Of a stretch of DNA of 64,000 nucleotides, positions 19,401 through 26,575 are shown piece after piece (within the stretch, counting starts at the first letter, position 1; the number at the start of each line of letters is the position of its first letter). The stretch comes from Sulfurospirillum sp. UBA6810 (lineage in GTDB: Bacteria; Campylobacterota; Campylobacteria; Campylobacterales; Sulfurospirillaceae), in contig DKEY01000016.1 in the NCBI GenBank assembly GCA_002469305.1, forward strand, positions 72,501 to 136,500, read 5' to 3'. Made by a program: the position numbers and the translations under genes. The notes below the pieces were generated by a model. The model saw nothing but the letters and a program-made list of their open reading frames with translations. It did not search any database and was not told the origin of the DNA.

Positions 19401-21214
19401 TTTCTACACACACTCCCATCATCATATACCCTGAAAAGAACATCATCGCTTGTAACCTCACTATAGTATGTATTGAGCTCTTTATCTAAATGTAGATGTA
19501 CTCCTTGCTTACTATTTCCCAAGCTTCCGACTCCTGCAATCCATTCTTGATTAGCGTGTTCATCTCGTGAAGTGCTTGTTGGGAACTTCTTGTCAGCAGA
19601 TCCCCCAATGTTTTCGTTCTCACTAGCTCTTGAAACCTCTCTGGCCTGTACTCTTCCAGGTAGTTTCTCATTATCGTGTATATGCTCCCCTCGCTGTAAT
19701 TCCTCGTTTCTTGAAGATTTAGTAGTTGACTCATCCCTCTTTCCTTTTAAGATATTTAGTTCTGTAGTGTTATATTCTACACTACTTTTACTTTTCAAAG
19801 ATTTTTTTATTTCATTTTGCAAGAAATCTTTTTTTAATTGCATAAGTGCATCAGCATCACTTAAATCACCATCCAAATGAAAGGCAACACCTTTTAGACC
19901 ACCTTGTGTAATAGTAATAACCTTTGTGGATAAAAAGAGGTTTTGCATAATAGACTCTATTTTATAAAAACCATTATCCACGATATAGTTTGCGAGATTT
20001 TCTACAAAAAACTGCTTTGTATCATCTTTTACAAAACCTGAGTCATACCCTTTTTTGTAAAGGTTTTTATCATTGATATTAGCGATTTTTTTGCACTCTT
20101 TTGTTGCCTCTTTTGTACTGATTTTAGAAGCATCTTTTTTACCGATTTCATAAAAAATATTCTTTTCAACTTTTGAAGAATAAGCGATATTTGGTAAAAA
20201 CAATTCTTTAGAAAAATGATTGAAAGTTGTTACAACATTTATTAAATTTTCTTTTGTTACTCCATATGCAAACAATACATCCTCAACTCCAAAGCTTTTA
20301 AAGAATAAATACTCAAACATGTTACGTTCATTCTGATTAAAAAAGAAATATTCACTACTCTTTTTTGCCAATATTTTCATTTTTTCTATTGGGTCCATAT
20401 CGCTTTTAAAATCTTTTGATACGGTGTCAAAAAGAGAACTGAGACTAGACTTTGAAAATGAATAAGCAAGTTCTTCAATAGTTTTACTACTTACTTCATT
20501 TTTTATGACTAAAAAATTAGTCTTATCCAATGAAGTTTGAGAAATATCATAGTAATGCTTTCTAAAATACTCTGCACCATTCCCACTCTTTGGATTGAGA
20601 ACGATAACCTGAAAGGGAGGAGTTGCGATTTTTATTTCAGCATCTATCTCTCTCCACTCATGCACACTTTTTAATAATGAAATCTCAATATCATATTGTT
20701 GCGCATGAAAAAAAGTTGAAAGGGCATTTCCAAAAGAGGTATTATGTAGTTTTGAAACATGTTGTAAAAATTTCTCTACGAACTCCTCTTCCTCTAGCGC
20801 AGCATCAACTCTATTTAAGCTATCTCCTATTGTAGCTTTATATAAACTATCCTCATATAAACTTTTATTTGATAGCACAAGTTGTATATTTCTTTGTGTG
20901 TTGTGTCTTTGGTGTTCAAACAATCTGGCTTTGGCTCCATCTAAAAAGCGATATGCCCTGTCCTCTTGTTTTAAAAAGCCCTCTTGTAGTAAGTATTGAC
21001 AATCTTCCTCTACAAAACTAAAAAAACTTTTGCTGTTATTATTAACAGCCCAAATTTCTAATGTATCTAAGTTTACTCCATTTGACTTAATTAGCATCAT
21101 GCGAATGTAATCAAGTTGAAGCATTTTTATAATAGAAGTATCTAATCCGTAAGCTATAGCATCTTGATATGCTGACTTTGCAGCATTAAATAGGGTTGTG
21201 ACATTTGACTCCAT
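10463..21214 (-). CDS. giant (3583 aa) N6-adenine DNA methyltransferase / SNF2-family helicase fusion protein
   Basis: Methyltransferase motif I VLEPSVGVGNFF (15630..15662) and motif IV GNPPY (15449..15463). SNF2 motifs: I CDHTVGTGKTM (13497..13529), II DESHEFKN (~13007..13039), LTGTPISN, VI QREGRGIRQGN (11831..11863). GGAG RBS before ATG 21214. Confidence 0.9.
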   Translation of the reverse strand: MESNVTTLFNAAKSAYQDAIAYGLDTSIIKMLQLDYIRMMLIKSNGVNLDTLEIWAVNNNSKSFFSFVEEDCQYLLQEGFLKQEDRAYRFLDGAKARLFEHQRHNTQRNIQLVLSNKSLYEDSLYKATIGDSLNRVDAALEEEEFVEKFLQHVSKLHNTSFGNALSTFFHAQQYDIEISLLKSVHEWREIDAEIKIATPPFQVIVLNPKSGNGAEYFRKHYYDISQTSLDKTNFLVIKNEVSSKTIEELAYSFSKSSLSSLFDTVSKDFKSDMDPIEKMKILAKKSSEYFFFNQNERNMFEYLFFKSFGVEDVLFAYGVTKENLINVVTTFNHFSKELFLPNIAYSSKVEKNIFYEIGKKDASKISTKEATKECKKIANINDKNLYKKGYDSGFVKDDTKQFFVENLANYIVDNGFYKIESIMQNLFLSTKVITITQGGLKGVAFHLDGDLSDADALMQLKKDFLQNEIKKSLKSKSSVEYNTTELNILKGKRDESTTKSSRNEELQRGEHIHDNEKLPGRVQAREVSRASENENIGGSADKKFPTSTSRDEHANQEWIAGVGSLGNSKQGVHLHLDKELNTYYSEVTSDDVLFRVYDDGSVCRKSNTTWVIQNLTKELEDKIRAKVGHIGNIPSYSDGTGFYPKGQAVGNTKALYKQSLNGYKLFIEKLNDGKLPINTHTIRQLNQNAHHLEIMGKELNITREDYKNERELRNYSELDTRSTSRNEEGNIQPEDERISQSLTADIQGPAEYGASQRDSFGVHENTHQRRDYKSIKFDINKSYSTKGIYQDYPSNKISKLIQKDVAKYAQQLAENLGYEYDVGKNGKKLTHNGVSDNIAPAGGGATFILWKPNSDYGVYICLSYRLGFDDDRYDTYELDKGEHLWRTTSKKDKYTGHGNQWIKVEDLASENFVKKIAQAVNSKHQKNLESEPAEGIKNQNLEEFLYKNEVVEEVPQTTSNFEMITLKFRHLLEDAVLEDFEHTKTSETLNIFKISKRLSKEEYGAFNSYLKKNHFAYYSNIAKGFIIKDESLLKAFKEAPFLVPNTQFEVKPYGREILTKQLVMFYADKKLSYDERETLINNHLRLIAFNESGIAIGYKSEKTLKVFADGLVDNPSLYSFKELDDGDTSLVFSPSELSEYIPIVIKKNGYVDYIEDDIEDIEEGYSFFKEINANLPKEIQQKIIQISELNKSKSSTIASGIQLVKPSYDMTNKDFEFFRELRAASMHNLFHEYSFEDMGINEIEAFLYQAHLDGSEPQFIESLNSVLKRKEDAKNSKNTDIKTLVNTLDEESLRVLFDKAVKSSNKNLRYEIVPSKKEFKILNLKEFYNSDQIKTLFINKTVGWEIFSNKYIFDLSNQEHLDLLQNELNMHFETKGEEVEKISQDLSFSEEFSIRDESNGEIALYLNDEKVAATLFGGILRISPYQDLDIPKEWFSQLMSHAGGFDSVTDMDKHNEIAKNITQTSSDVKDENTYLSRVLNLYPILNEVRDYYGKEWTASLQSMWDRGVYDSWIGSDKVANLQFLRNNLYNLYNLLESNAISQEYYLSLTYPFMDDEEKQEHEDILDSVISKRTHKIAIDLGFESPKEWLKYAKFTTDRDGSNNVAMSVFGVDDEFKPLDAYLNEIKTTDRYKSYITNQIIFEDEEKTTKEVAVTTTNDVETNIIQPSLHVKDNPTEFETKIYEAYESAKVLDGGKSSYQVLKTMAWNTLNKENSENISFKAIEDILDEAYTQEDFTIEEDISAGGAKTKFKNNIVAIEVIRKLERDEELTKEDKIALSKYVGWGGLSQAFYKTDGTVTKGWENEAEELKHTMTEEEYKQARGSVLDSFYTNDIITKAMWKAVDNFGFNRGSVLEPSVGVGNFFGYMPKHLKPNTQLLGVEIEPTTAKIAKALYPKAKILNMPFEDTSLSDNSVTLAIGNPPYGSHKIHCKVNEKLDGMSIHNYFMCKTIDKVEPNGVMAMVVSNSFMDSQDLNARAYIGEKANLIGAIRLPNNAFSKNANTEVTTDILFFQKRSAYGMKSNLDEWLHVGELNDTPINKYFVDHQEKLLGKWGRYGTMYQGGTPALVARPEQDTKALLDKAIEELPRYVQFNNGNYYYSTYRRENTSKLMETAGFNNKLAITLQSQNGETMTCDARINTYFVNDDKLYMRFPDVNGEAVAKEITTRINSQGSEVDLSPKEIERIKGMIEVAHVATLLKNEQLNENSTEDELEELRAKLNRTYDAFKKSFGFLNNANNKKYFEDDVRAPFLLALESKYDKGVSKAASLKSGETVKKESAKKADIFFKRTQTPYVAPTSASSIKDAFVISLSEKAFVDMRYIASLVSKEEKEVEEYLSKNGLIFDDPNYGWVTKEEYLSGNVKQKLRETNNPINIAALKEVIPKDIEAIDISVQPGASWIPASDIRNFVREITGDKEPIAKYIEYSASWHISSAETTEKKAQYGTSRKKVVSILDAALNNKQVTVYDYYEDENGNKKSVINQEDTIAANDKLEAVKIAWENWIWKDSERRERLAKLYNEKFNVYARREYDGSHLKLPGKISDSIIELRPHQKNAVWRALQSGRVLCDHTVGTGKTMTAIASVMELKRTGKAKKPLIVVPNHIVEQWGKEFLELYPNANILLPTKNDFSANRRKVLMSRIATGEYDAIIIAHSQLIKITNDPKFEISFLEKQIRDIQSGIDAIRRAEGKETRSIKQWQTTQKSLEAKIKKLGEVDKDDNLTFLELGIDAMVVDESHEFKNLQFFTSMQRVAGLGNPEGSKKAFDLYIKTQSLLEKTGNKNLMFLTGTPISNTIAEMFTIQRYLQGQELAEDRLNHFDAWVKQYAEAVADWELSASGKYKLKNRLSKFKNVPELIASYSQFADVITREHINKQLAKDGKKLPVPKVKGGKPQNVIVERSEDQANYIGVADENGEYNENSLVYRSEHLPQGQPKKGDDNMLVIMSDARKASLDMRMHGDYYEDFEGSKVNECIRQSLRLYHKWADKRGTQLIFCDLSTPKGAISDEKARIEELIRKADAGEDKAIEELDKLSTDDIASLNNNFSVYDDMKAKLIKAGVPQSEIAFIHDAKTDKQKEDLFAKVNGGRVRFLFGSTTKMGTGTNVQKKIVGLHSLDAPWRPDQLEQREGRGIRQGNELYEEDPEGFEIEVLRYATKNTLDSRMWEILETKGRFIEQLKLGNVDAREVEDIASEATNAAEMKAASSGNPLILEEMTLKQNIKKMEAIKREHNRSLYDREEKIKKFTSLIEQSDKNIENYEIDVKTYSSYEAKMDKLEKEHEIKKVQNKLSESKEKIPDFSKFLLAVGPTEYSKREDAGAALLKKARELKIDTNSSSSREERHITVGTFAGFEISIYNLNPLGNKVDIYLNGQNEYVLDGIDIKEQNAGGLAQKINFLASKIDLEYRMYLENIAKMKDELPILVKANVAFPKEEELSLLKQRHKAVVQELQADDKKPNTGQNAVKELNKQKISSIKSYWVDNDKELSSIELLQKRRVDISILEHIEEYRYVGNCLVIDTALERDVYLRFQKLFESFGGKWDKSMQAVVFNEEGLVRIKDVLKENEIDISSQIANVVASANASTKESNTSLDTY

Positions 21215-21223
21215 AAGAAACTC

Positions 21224-21433
21224 CTACATAGCACTCTGATACTGTTCGTACTTCGTAAGAATTTCCGCTTCACTAAACTTTTCCTCAAGAGCTTGAACTG
21301 TATCAATTCCGACTATTTGCCATGCCGTAATTTTTTCAGTCCCAAAAGTAACTTCTTGGTTGTTTTCCATTGCAGCATTGCCGTATACTGCTTTTACAAA
21401 CTTTATTTTTCCATTGTTTAGATTTGCCATCTT
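21224..21433 (-). CDS. small hypothetical protein (69 aa; start moved to internal ATG)
   Basis: AAAGGAGG RBS directly upstream of ATG at 21433 (MANLNNGKIKF...). The 43-codon upstream extension in the ORF track overlaps a promoter-like motif and has no RBS. Confidence 0.5.
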   Translation of the reverse strand, partial: KMANLNNGKIKFVKAVYGNAAMENNQEVTFGTEKITAWQIVGIDTVQALEEKFSEAEILTKYEQYQSAM

Positions 21434-21455
21434 TGCCTCCTTTGATTTCAGAAAT

Positions 21456-21488
21456 GTTAATAAATTTATAATTAATTGAAACTTATAA
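21456..21488 (-). promoter_or_regulatory. conserved promoter/operator-like motif P6
   Basis: TTATAAGTTTCAATTAATTATAAATTTATTAAC. 22 nt upstream of ATG 21433. Confidence 0.5.
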
Positions 21489-21589
21489 ACGGGGTATGAG
21501 CGTACATTCAATTGGCAAAGGCGGCAAATCCTTTCGGGTAGAAAAATACGCTCAAAATTCATGAAATGGAGTCAATGTCGAAAAAAATT

Positions 21590-21618
21590 TTAATAAATTA
21601 ATAATTAAATTTGCTTAA
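21590..21618 (-). promoter_or_regulatory. conserved promoter/operator-like motif P7 (tandem with P6)
   Basis: TTAAGCAAATTTAATTATTAATTTATTAA. 134 nt upstream of P6, same orientation. Confidence 0.45.
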
Positions 21619-21692
21619 TTTATTAAATAAACAAAAGTTTTTTTTAATAATAAATTTATTATAATCAGAATATCTCAAAAAAAGGTTTGACT

Positions 21693-24107
21693 ATGAACGA
21701 GCCTATTAAAATTTATTCACCCAATAAGAAAGTTTTTCTGGAGCTGTTTGCTAATGGTCTTGTTAAAATTTTAGACAAGAGTTATTTAAACCAAGAGAAT
21801 GGTTTAGAAATATCATTTGATACAATTTCACTTTTTACAAAAAATAATGAAATATCAATAGATGAACTCCCCTATAATACAAGAAAGAAACTCAACGAGA
21901 CTCTTTTTAATGTTTTTAAAGATGAGCAACGCAAACATGACTCAATGGAAATGCTGAATTACTTTAAATCATTTGGTCTTACAAAAGAGCGAGAGACTTT
22001 ACTTAAAAAACATAGATTGTCTACTCTAAAAAATGTTCTAACACTTGGAATTGAGGGGCTTGAAGAAATGTATTTAAAATCTATTTATGATACACTTTCT
22101 TTTATTGGGATAACTCCTGCTACTAAACAAGTTGATAGAGAAAAAGTAGCCGTATTTGTAGATGAGTACAGGACTAAGGGTATCCAAGATTTTAACTATT
22201 TCAGGGATGCCTTAAAAGAGTTTGGTGTAGAAGATGAAAAAGAGGTTTTACAGGAGTATAATGACTCCATTGATAGCTCTTTTAGCACAGAAGAGTTTGC
22301 TTTTGCAAGCAGAGCGAAAAGCAAGATACTAGAGTCTCAATTAGCTATTATTGAAGCTGCTATTGAAGATGGCCTTTTACCTCCATCTGATTTGACAAAA
22401 TTTTCCAATAAAATCAATCCGATATATGATGAAAAAATAGCCCCACAGATAGTTGATACTATCAGTCAAATTGACTTTCATAAAGAAGAAAAGTCTTGGT
22501 TATTTAACAACAATAGTATCAATGGCGAAACAGATCAACAACTTCGAGAGATGTTTTCCAAGGAATTTAAAAACTTTAACGCAGACAAGAGCATTAATAT
22601 AAATCTCGTAAATCTTTTCACTATAAGAAATAACGGTCTTAGTTATGAGAAGATGTTAGAGTGGGCTAAGTTTTCTAGTGAAAGCAAGTTAGTTGGAACA
22701 AGTGAAGCTTACTCCTTTGCTATATTAGCTGCTAAACACAATCAAAAGCTAGTGCAATGTGGTATTTTATCTAGCGAAGATGGTAAAAACTTTAAATTTA
22801 CTTCACAAAAAGCAAGGGAAATTTTATATAACAACTACGACAGAGGGTACAATGTATTAGCACAAGAGATTATGAGTCTATACAACATAACACCTCCTGT
22901 AGTTACTTCAAATTCAATAGCCAATAAAGAGGCTAAAGATGGTTACGAATACGTCAGAGAACCGAAGCTATCAACCCATGCTTTAAATGGCAAGATAAAA
23001 GATAAGTGGAGTGAATTACAATCTCTTAACAGAAATAGTGAAGATATGGAAATTGAAAGACAATTTATTATACTCTCAGCATTAAAGTTTGATGGTGTCT
23101 CTTTGGATAGTTTAGAGAGTTGGAAAACGTGGAGTATGGAAAAAAGAAATATTAATGAAGAAGTAGCGGATAAGTTTATTGAAAACTCAATAGCAAATGC
23201 GGAAGAGCTTACTCAAATTGGTATTTTAAAAAAAGCTGGAGACGATACTTGGAAATTTACAGACAGATATGCAAAAGAGACTCTTTTTAATCATTATGCT
23301 TCTTCTTATCTCGATATAGAACTCGCTAACTTTGGAGAGCTCATTAAAATTGAAAGCAAACAAAATAGCGATACTACCCCAATAGAAGAAACACCGAATG
23401 TAACAAAAGAGGAGCAAAAGGTACAAGTACGAGAGAAAGCTGTAAAAACTACTACAAAAGAGCCTCAACCAAAAGACAAATCTCAAAAGAAAGCAAGACC
23501 TTTGGTAGAACCTTTAACAATAAGTTCTTCGCTCACTCAGCCTCAACAAAATCTACTTAAAAGCTTGTTGCAATTCAACTTCTCTTACACCAAAAGTAAA
23601 GATACCTCTTTTGTTGAAGAAGCACGTTCTCAAGAGCGCGAAATGATGGAAGAAATAAGAGAACACTTCATGTTTGACAAAACCTTTGCAAATGAATTAA
23701 AAAAGGTTTTAGAGCATAAGACTACACAAGTTGATATTGCAAAAGCATTAGGCAGAAATGGAATCAACCCTTATATGGGAAATTTTGATTTTTCAACAAT
23801 AAATTCACTCGATAAATTATCTTTAGAAGAGATAGCTTTAACAGGCAGTTCGATAGAGAAATTTATAAAAGTATCCCCTTTTTATACAAAAGATACCCAA
23901 ATTACCCTATTAACACTACTAAGAGATATTATAGAAAATGTAAATAATAAAATCATTACAACAAAAGAGGAAGTTATAAACGAGCTTAAGAAGTTTGTAG
24001 ATGATTTTTCTTTACATGTAATGATTGAATCACAAAAAGCTTCAAAGAGCATAGCACAAGCGGTTTCTGAAATCAATAAGGATACAACGCAGGAGTTACA
24101 GCAATAA
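21693..24107 (+). CDS. hypothetical acidic protein (~804 aa)
   Basis: One of the few plus-strand ORFs. ATG at 21693 lies 7 nt after AAAAAGG, and TATAAT sits at ~21659. No family recognised. Confidence 0.6.
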   Translation: MNEPIKIYSPNKKVFLELFANGLVKILDKSYLNQENGLEISFDTISLFTKNNEISIDELPYNTRKKLNETLFNVFKDEQRKHDSMEMLNYFKSFGLTKERETLLKKHRLSTLKNVLTLGIEGLEEMYLKSIYDTLSFIGITPATKQVDREKVAVFVDEYRTKGIQDFNYFRDALKEFGVEDEKEVLQEYNDSIDSSFSTEEFAFASRAKSKILESQLAIIEAAIEDGLLPPSDLTKFSNKINPIYDEKIAPQIVDTISQIDFHKEEKSWLFNNNSINGETDQQLREMFSKEFKNFNADKSININLVNLFTIRNNGLSYEKMLEWAKFSSESKLVGTSEAYSFAILAAKHNQKLVQCGILSSEDGKNFKFTSQKAREILYNNYDRGYNVLAQEIMSLYNITPPVVTSNSIANKEAKDGYEYVREPKLSTHALNGKIKDKWSELQSLNRNSEDMEIERQFIILSALKFDGVSLDSLESWKTWSMEKRNINEEVADKFIENSIANAEELTQIGILKKAGDDTWKFTDRYAKETLFNHYASSYLDIELANFGELIKIESKQNSDTTPIEETPNVTKEEQKVQVREKAVKTTTKEPQPKDKSQKKARPLVEPLTISSSLTQPQQNLLKSLLQFNFSYTKSKDTSFVEEARSQEREMMEEIREHFMFDKTFANELKKVLEHKTTQVDIAKALGRNGINPYMGNFDFSTINSLDKLSLEEIALTGSSIEKFIKVSPFYTKDTQITLLTLLRDIIENVNNKIITTKEEVINELKKFVDDFSLHVMIESQKASKSIAQAVSEINKDTTQELQQ

Positions 24108-25196
24108 ATGATTTATCGTTTTACTATATGCTTTTTTTGCTTTTTCCATCTCTAAAATAGCATATCGTTGTGTGGATTGAATGTTTTGATGTCCAAGAAC
24201 TTTCGCAGTTACTTCTAGAGAATACCCATTATTGACTATTAAAAAAGCGATAAGATGCCTAATAGAGTGTATTGTAAAATCTGGTAAATTTAGCTTTTCT
24301 CTACACTCTTGATGAACACGAAAGAAAGTTGTATAAGTAATAGGGTTTTTAGTTTTAGGTTTTTCAAATACATACTTAGCATCTGGATACATCAATCTTA
24401 GTTTTTGTAAAGCTTTTATTTGAAAATCTTCCAAATAATAGTACTGATTTTTCCTTGTCTTAGTTTTTGTATAATTTAGAAAATATAACCCTTTTGTTAA
24501 ATCAACACTACTCCAGGGCAACGTCACAGTTTCGTTAAATCTTCTACCATGCAAAAGAACTAAATAGAGAGTTTTATGCAATTGATTTTCTATATTATTC
24601 ACATAGACAAGAAACTTCTTAACATCCTTTTTAGGCATAGAGAAATACTTTTTATTATCATATTTTGGCATTATCAAACTAGCAGATGGATTATACCTAT
24701 ATATCCCATTATCCTGTAGATAAGTATAGAATTTTTTAAATGCCGATACTATCTTTTCAACTGTGGCAGGCCTTCTATATGTAAGAAGTTTATTGATATA
24801 TATTTGAAGGTCATTTGCGGTTACATTTCTGACATCCGTTGTTTTAAAATCAGCACTAATATATTGATTGTATATTGATTTGTAATTCTCTCTAGTATTT
24901 TTAGCAATCATAGGGTTTTTAAACTCTAAAAACTCTAAAAATAGTTTTGGGAAGAAAAGGTTTTCAACATCATTTCCATTCAAAGCTGATGCTAATTGTA
25001 AATCAGCTATTAGATTTAATCTTATTTTATAAGCATCATACGCTGACATGCCATTCTTTTCATAGCCAACGATTTGTGTTCTTGTTTTCTTATTTGATGT
25101 AAAACGAACTATAAAAGCTTTTCCTTTTTTAGTCTCTTTTAGATAGACTCCTTGGAACTCGCTCTTTTGAGTTAGTGACAATAAAGAGTTACTCAT
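24096..25196 (-). CDS. tyrosine site-specific recombinase; candidate shufflon (Rci-like) recombinase
   Basis: Catalytic signature LLHGRRFNET (Arg), HSIRHLIAFL (H-x-x-R), LGHQNIQSTQRYAIL (His...Tyr). It is the only recombinase in the window and lies 0.8 kb from the first cassette site. ATGA start/stop overlap with the upstream XRE gene. Confidence 0.85.
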   Translation of the reverse strand: MSNSLLSLTQKSEFQGVYLKETKKGKAFIVRFTSNKKTRTQIVGYEKNGMSAYDAYKIRLNLIADLQLASALNGNDVENLFFPKLFLEFLEFKNPMIAKNTRENYKSIYNQYISADFKTTDVRNVTANDLQIYINKLLTYRRPATVEKIVSAFKKFYTYLQDNGIYRYNPSASLIMPKYDNKKYFSMPKKDVKKFLVYVNNIENQLHKTLYLVLLHGRRFNETVTLPWSSVDLTKGLYFLNYTKTKTRKNQYYYLEDFQIKALQKLRLMYPDAKYVFEKPKTKNPITYTTFFRVHQECREKLNLPDFTIHSIRHLIAFLIVNNGYSLEVTAKVLGHQNIQSTQRYAILEMEKAKKAYSKTINHLLL

Positions 25197-25498
25197 TTTT
25201 TCAATATCTTGTTACTGTTTTTCAAAAGAGTGCGTGAAATTTCTTGACTATTTGGAATGATTTTATGCATATCTACATTGAATATTTTTGAGATCATGTA
25301 GATATGCTCCATATTAAAGTACTTATTTTCTCTATTTGCTTCTGCATGTCCAAAAAAAGTTGGTGAATTAAACCCCATTAAATTTGCTATTTCTAATTGA
25401 GAATACCCTTTTTCTATTCTAATACTTTTAATTTTTAATGAAATAAGTTTATTTACAACATCTATTTCATCTTTTTCGGCAGTTAGATTATCTTTCAA
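25193..25498 (-). CDS. XRE-family helix-turn-helix regulator
   Basis: IRIEKGYSQLEIANLMGFNSPTFFGHAEAN is HTH_3-like. TTG start with AGAGGA RBS. Translationally coupled to the recombinase. Confidence 0.7.
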   Translation of the reverse strand: MKDNLTAEKDEIDVVNKLISLKIKSIRIEKGYSQLEIANLMGFNSPTFFGHAEANRENKYFNMEHIYMISKIFNVDMHKIIPNSQEISRTLLKNSNKILKK

Positions 25499-25511
25499 AA
25501 TATCCTCTCGT

Positions 25512-25523
25512 TTCCTATAGGAA
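25512..25523. promoter_or_regulatory. perfect 12-bp palindrome TTCCTATAGGAA upstream of the XRE-recombinase operon
   Basis: 14 nt upstream of the TTG start at 25498. A second imperfect dyad ATTATTC-N10-GAATAAT lies at ~25535..25558. Confidence 0.4.
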
Positions 25524-25619
25524 TGATTGGACGTTATTATTCTATATAGAAGGAATAATTTCTACACCGTATAGGGAGGATTAGAGTAAAAAAGAAGATT
25601 TTGAGACTTTATTTATGTA

Positions 25620-25853
25620 CTAATCTTTTATAAGATCGTTGATTGATATGTTAAAAATTTTTGCTATTTTAAAAATATGTTTTAAATTGAACCGTTTACT
25701 TGATGAACCGTTTTCCGCTTCAGCATAAAAACTTGAAGATTGAAAATCCATCTCTTTAGACATTTGCAATTGAGATAAATTTCTATTTTCTCTCTCTCGT
25801 CTAATATTTTTAATAATCGTAAGGTAAAACTTATCAAACTCTTGTTCACTCAA
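25620..25853 (-). CDS. XRE-family helix-turn-helix regulator (paralog of 25193..25498); start uncertain
   Basis: IRRERENRNLSQLQMSKEMDFQSSSFYAEAEN...FNLKHIFKIAKIFN parallels the neighbouring XRE protein. I prefer the TTG at 25853, which has GGAG 7 nt upstream. The track start at 25910 abuts an operator-like motif and covers a TATAAT. Confidence 0.55.
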   Translation of the reverse strand: MSEQEFDKFYLTIIKNIRRERENRNLSQLQMSKEMDFQSSSFYAEAENGSSSKRFNLKHIFKIAKIFNISINDLIKD

Positions 25854-25909
25854 AAGGAGTCTCCATAAATAAAAAGTATGTATTATATATAAAATAGAAC
25901 TTATTATCA

Positions 25910-25930
25910 ATCACGTATTAGTGGTAATTT
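25910..25930. promoter_or_regulatory. operator-like motif ATCACGTATTAGTGGTAATTT upstream of the distal XRE gene
   Basis: Near-copy of 54660..54680 (19 of 21 positions). Contains the imperfect dyad CAC-N7-GTG. Confidence 0.4.
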
Positions 25931-25981
25931 AATTTAATTTCAATAATTTCAAGTAAAAGATATTATTAGAAAAAATTATTT

Positions 25982-25993
25982 TGTAACGGGTAC
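25982..25993 (+). repeat. shufflon core site R1 (TGTAACGGGTAC)
   Basis: Exact 12-mer heading cassette S1. Confidence 0.85.
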
Positions 25994-26543
25994 GATTACA
26001 AACAGATTGCTGGATGCTATCGTTATAACAAGTAAAGTTTATCAAGAAAAAAGCAATTCTGATGTTGCTTTGGCTAGAACAGTTGGATATGGAATTTCAA
26101 ATAATACACTAGGATATTATGATGGAAAATTTTGGAGAAAAGTAAGTAATAATTATATTTTAAGCGATTCTTTTACTTCTCAAAGAGTATATGACTCTTG
26201 GGTGTCAACCAATGCTTCAAAACTAGAAGGACTTAGTGATAATGGGTTGCTTTATAGTGTTGGATATGGTTCGAGAGTTTGGGGAATTGTAGATTATTAC
26301 AACCCAGGATACGGTGCAAAAGATTATTGTGCTGACCAGGAAATGAGACTTCCAGAGTTATCTGAAACACGAGCATCAACAAGTGCTGGTATCCCTAGTC
26401 TTTCTGGTTGGACTTGGACTAATACAAATAATCCAAATATCCCTAGTGGAGGAGCTTATAAAAGATATACTTGGAGTGGGACATCCACTAGTAGTCAATA
26501 TGTCCACTTAAACTACAAAGAAGTGTTTAGATGCATTAAATAA
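25983..26543 (+). CDS. silent shufflon cassette S1 (alternative C-terminal module, lectin-like class)
   Basis: Frame open from the core site: VTGTITNRLLDAIV... No RBS or ATG. Contains CADQEMRLPELSET and ends FRCIK. Confidence 0.8.
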   Translation, partial: VTGTITNRLLDAIVITSKVYQEKSNSDVALARTVGYGISNNTLGYYDGKFWRKVSNNYILSDSFTSQRVYDSWVSTNASKLEGLSDNGLLYSVGYGSRVWGIVDYYNPGYGAKDYCADQEMRLPELSETRASTSAGIPSLSGWTWTNTNNPNIPSGGAYKRYTWSGTSTSSQYVHLNYKEVFRCIK

Positions 26544-26563
26544 TAGTCGATTATAAAGCATTA

Positions 26564-26575
26564 TGTAACGGGTAC
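26564..26575 (+). repeat. shufflon core site R2
   Basis: Exact 12-mer, 20 nt after the S1 stop, heading S2. Confidence 0.85.

Noticed and set aside
10470-20835. About twenty 60-109-aa ORFs in other frames or antisense within the giant gene (e.g. 14316..14645, 18195..18518, 19486..19734)
   Set aside because: They are wholly nested in a 10.7-kb ORF that carries clear catalytic motifs. They have low-complexity Ser/Leu/Phe-rich translations typical of antisense AT-rich coding DNA, and no RBS.
21434-21562. N-terminal 43-codon extension of ORF 21224..21562
   Set aside because: A strong AAAGGAGG RBS precedes the internal ATG at 21433. The extension runs through promoter-like motif P6 and has no RBS.
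24096-25196. Tyrosine recombinase as the integrase of an integrative conjugative element or prophage
   Set aside because: The window has an iteron-type Rep gene and two ParA genes (plasmid hallmarks). There is no tRNA gene and no flanking attachment-type direct repeats. The gene sits next to 14 copies of a dedicated site. A dimer-resolution role cannot be excluded.
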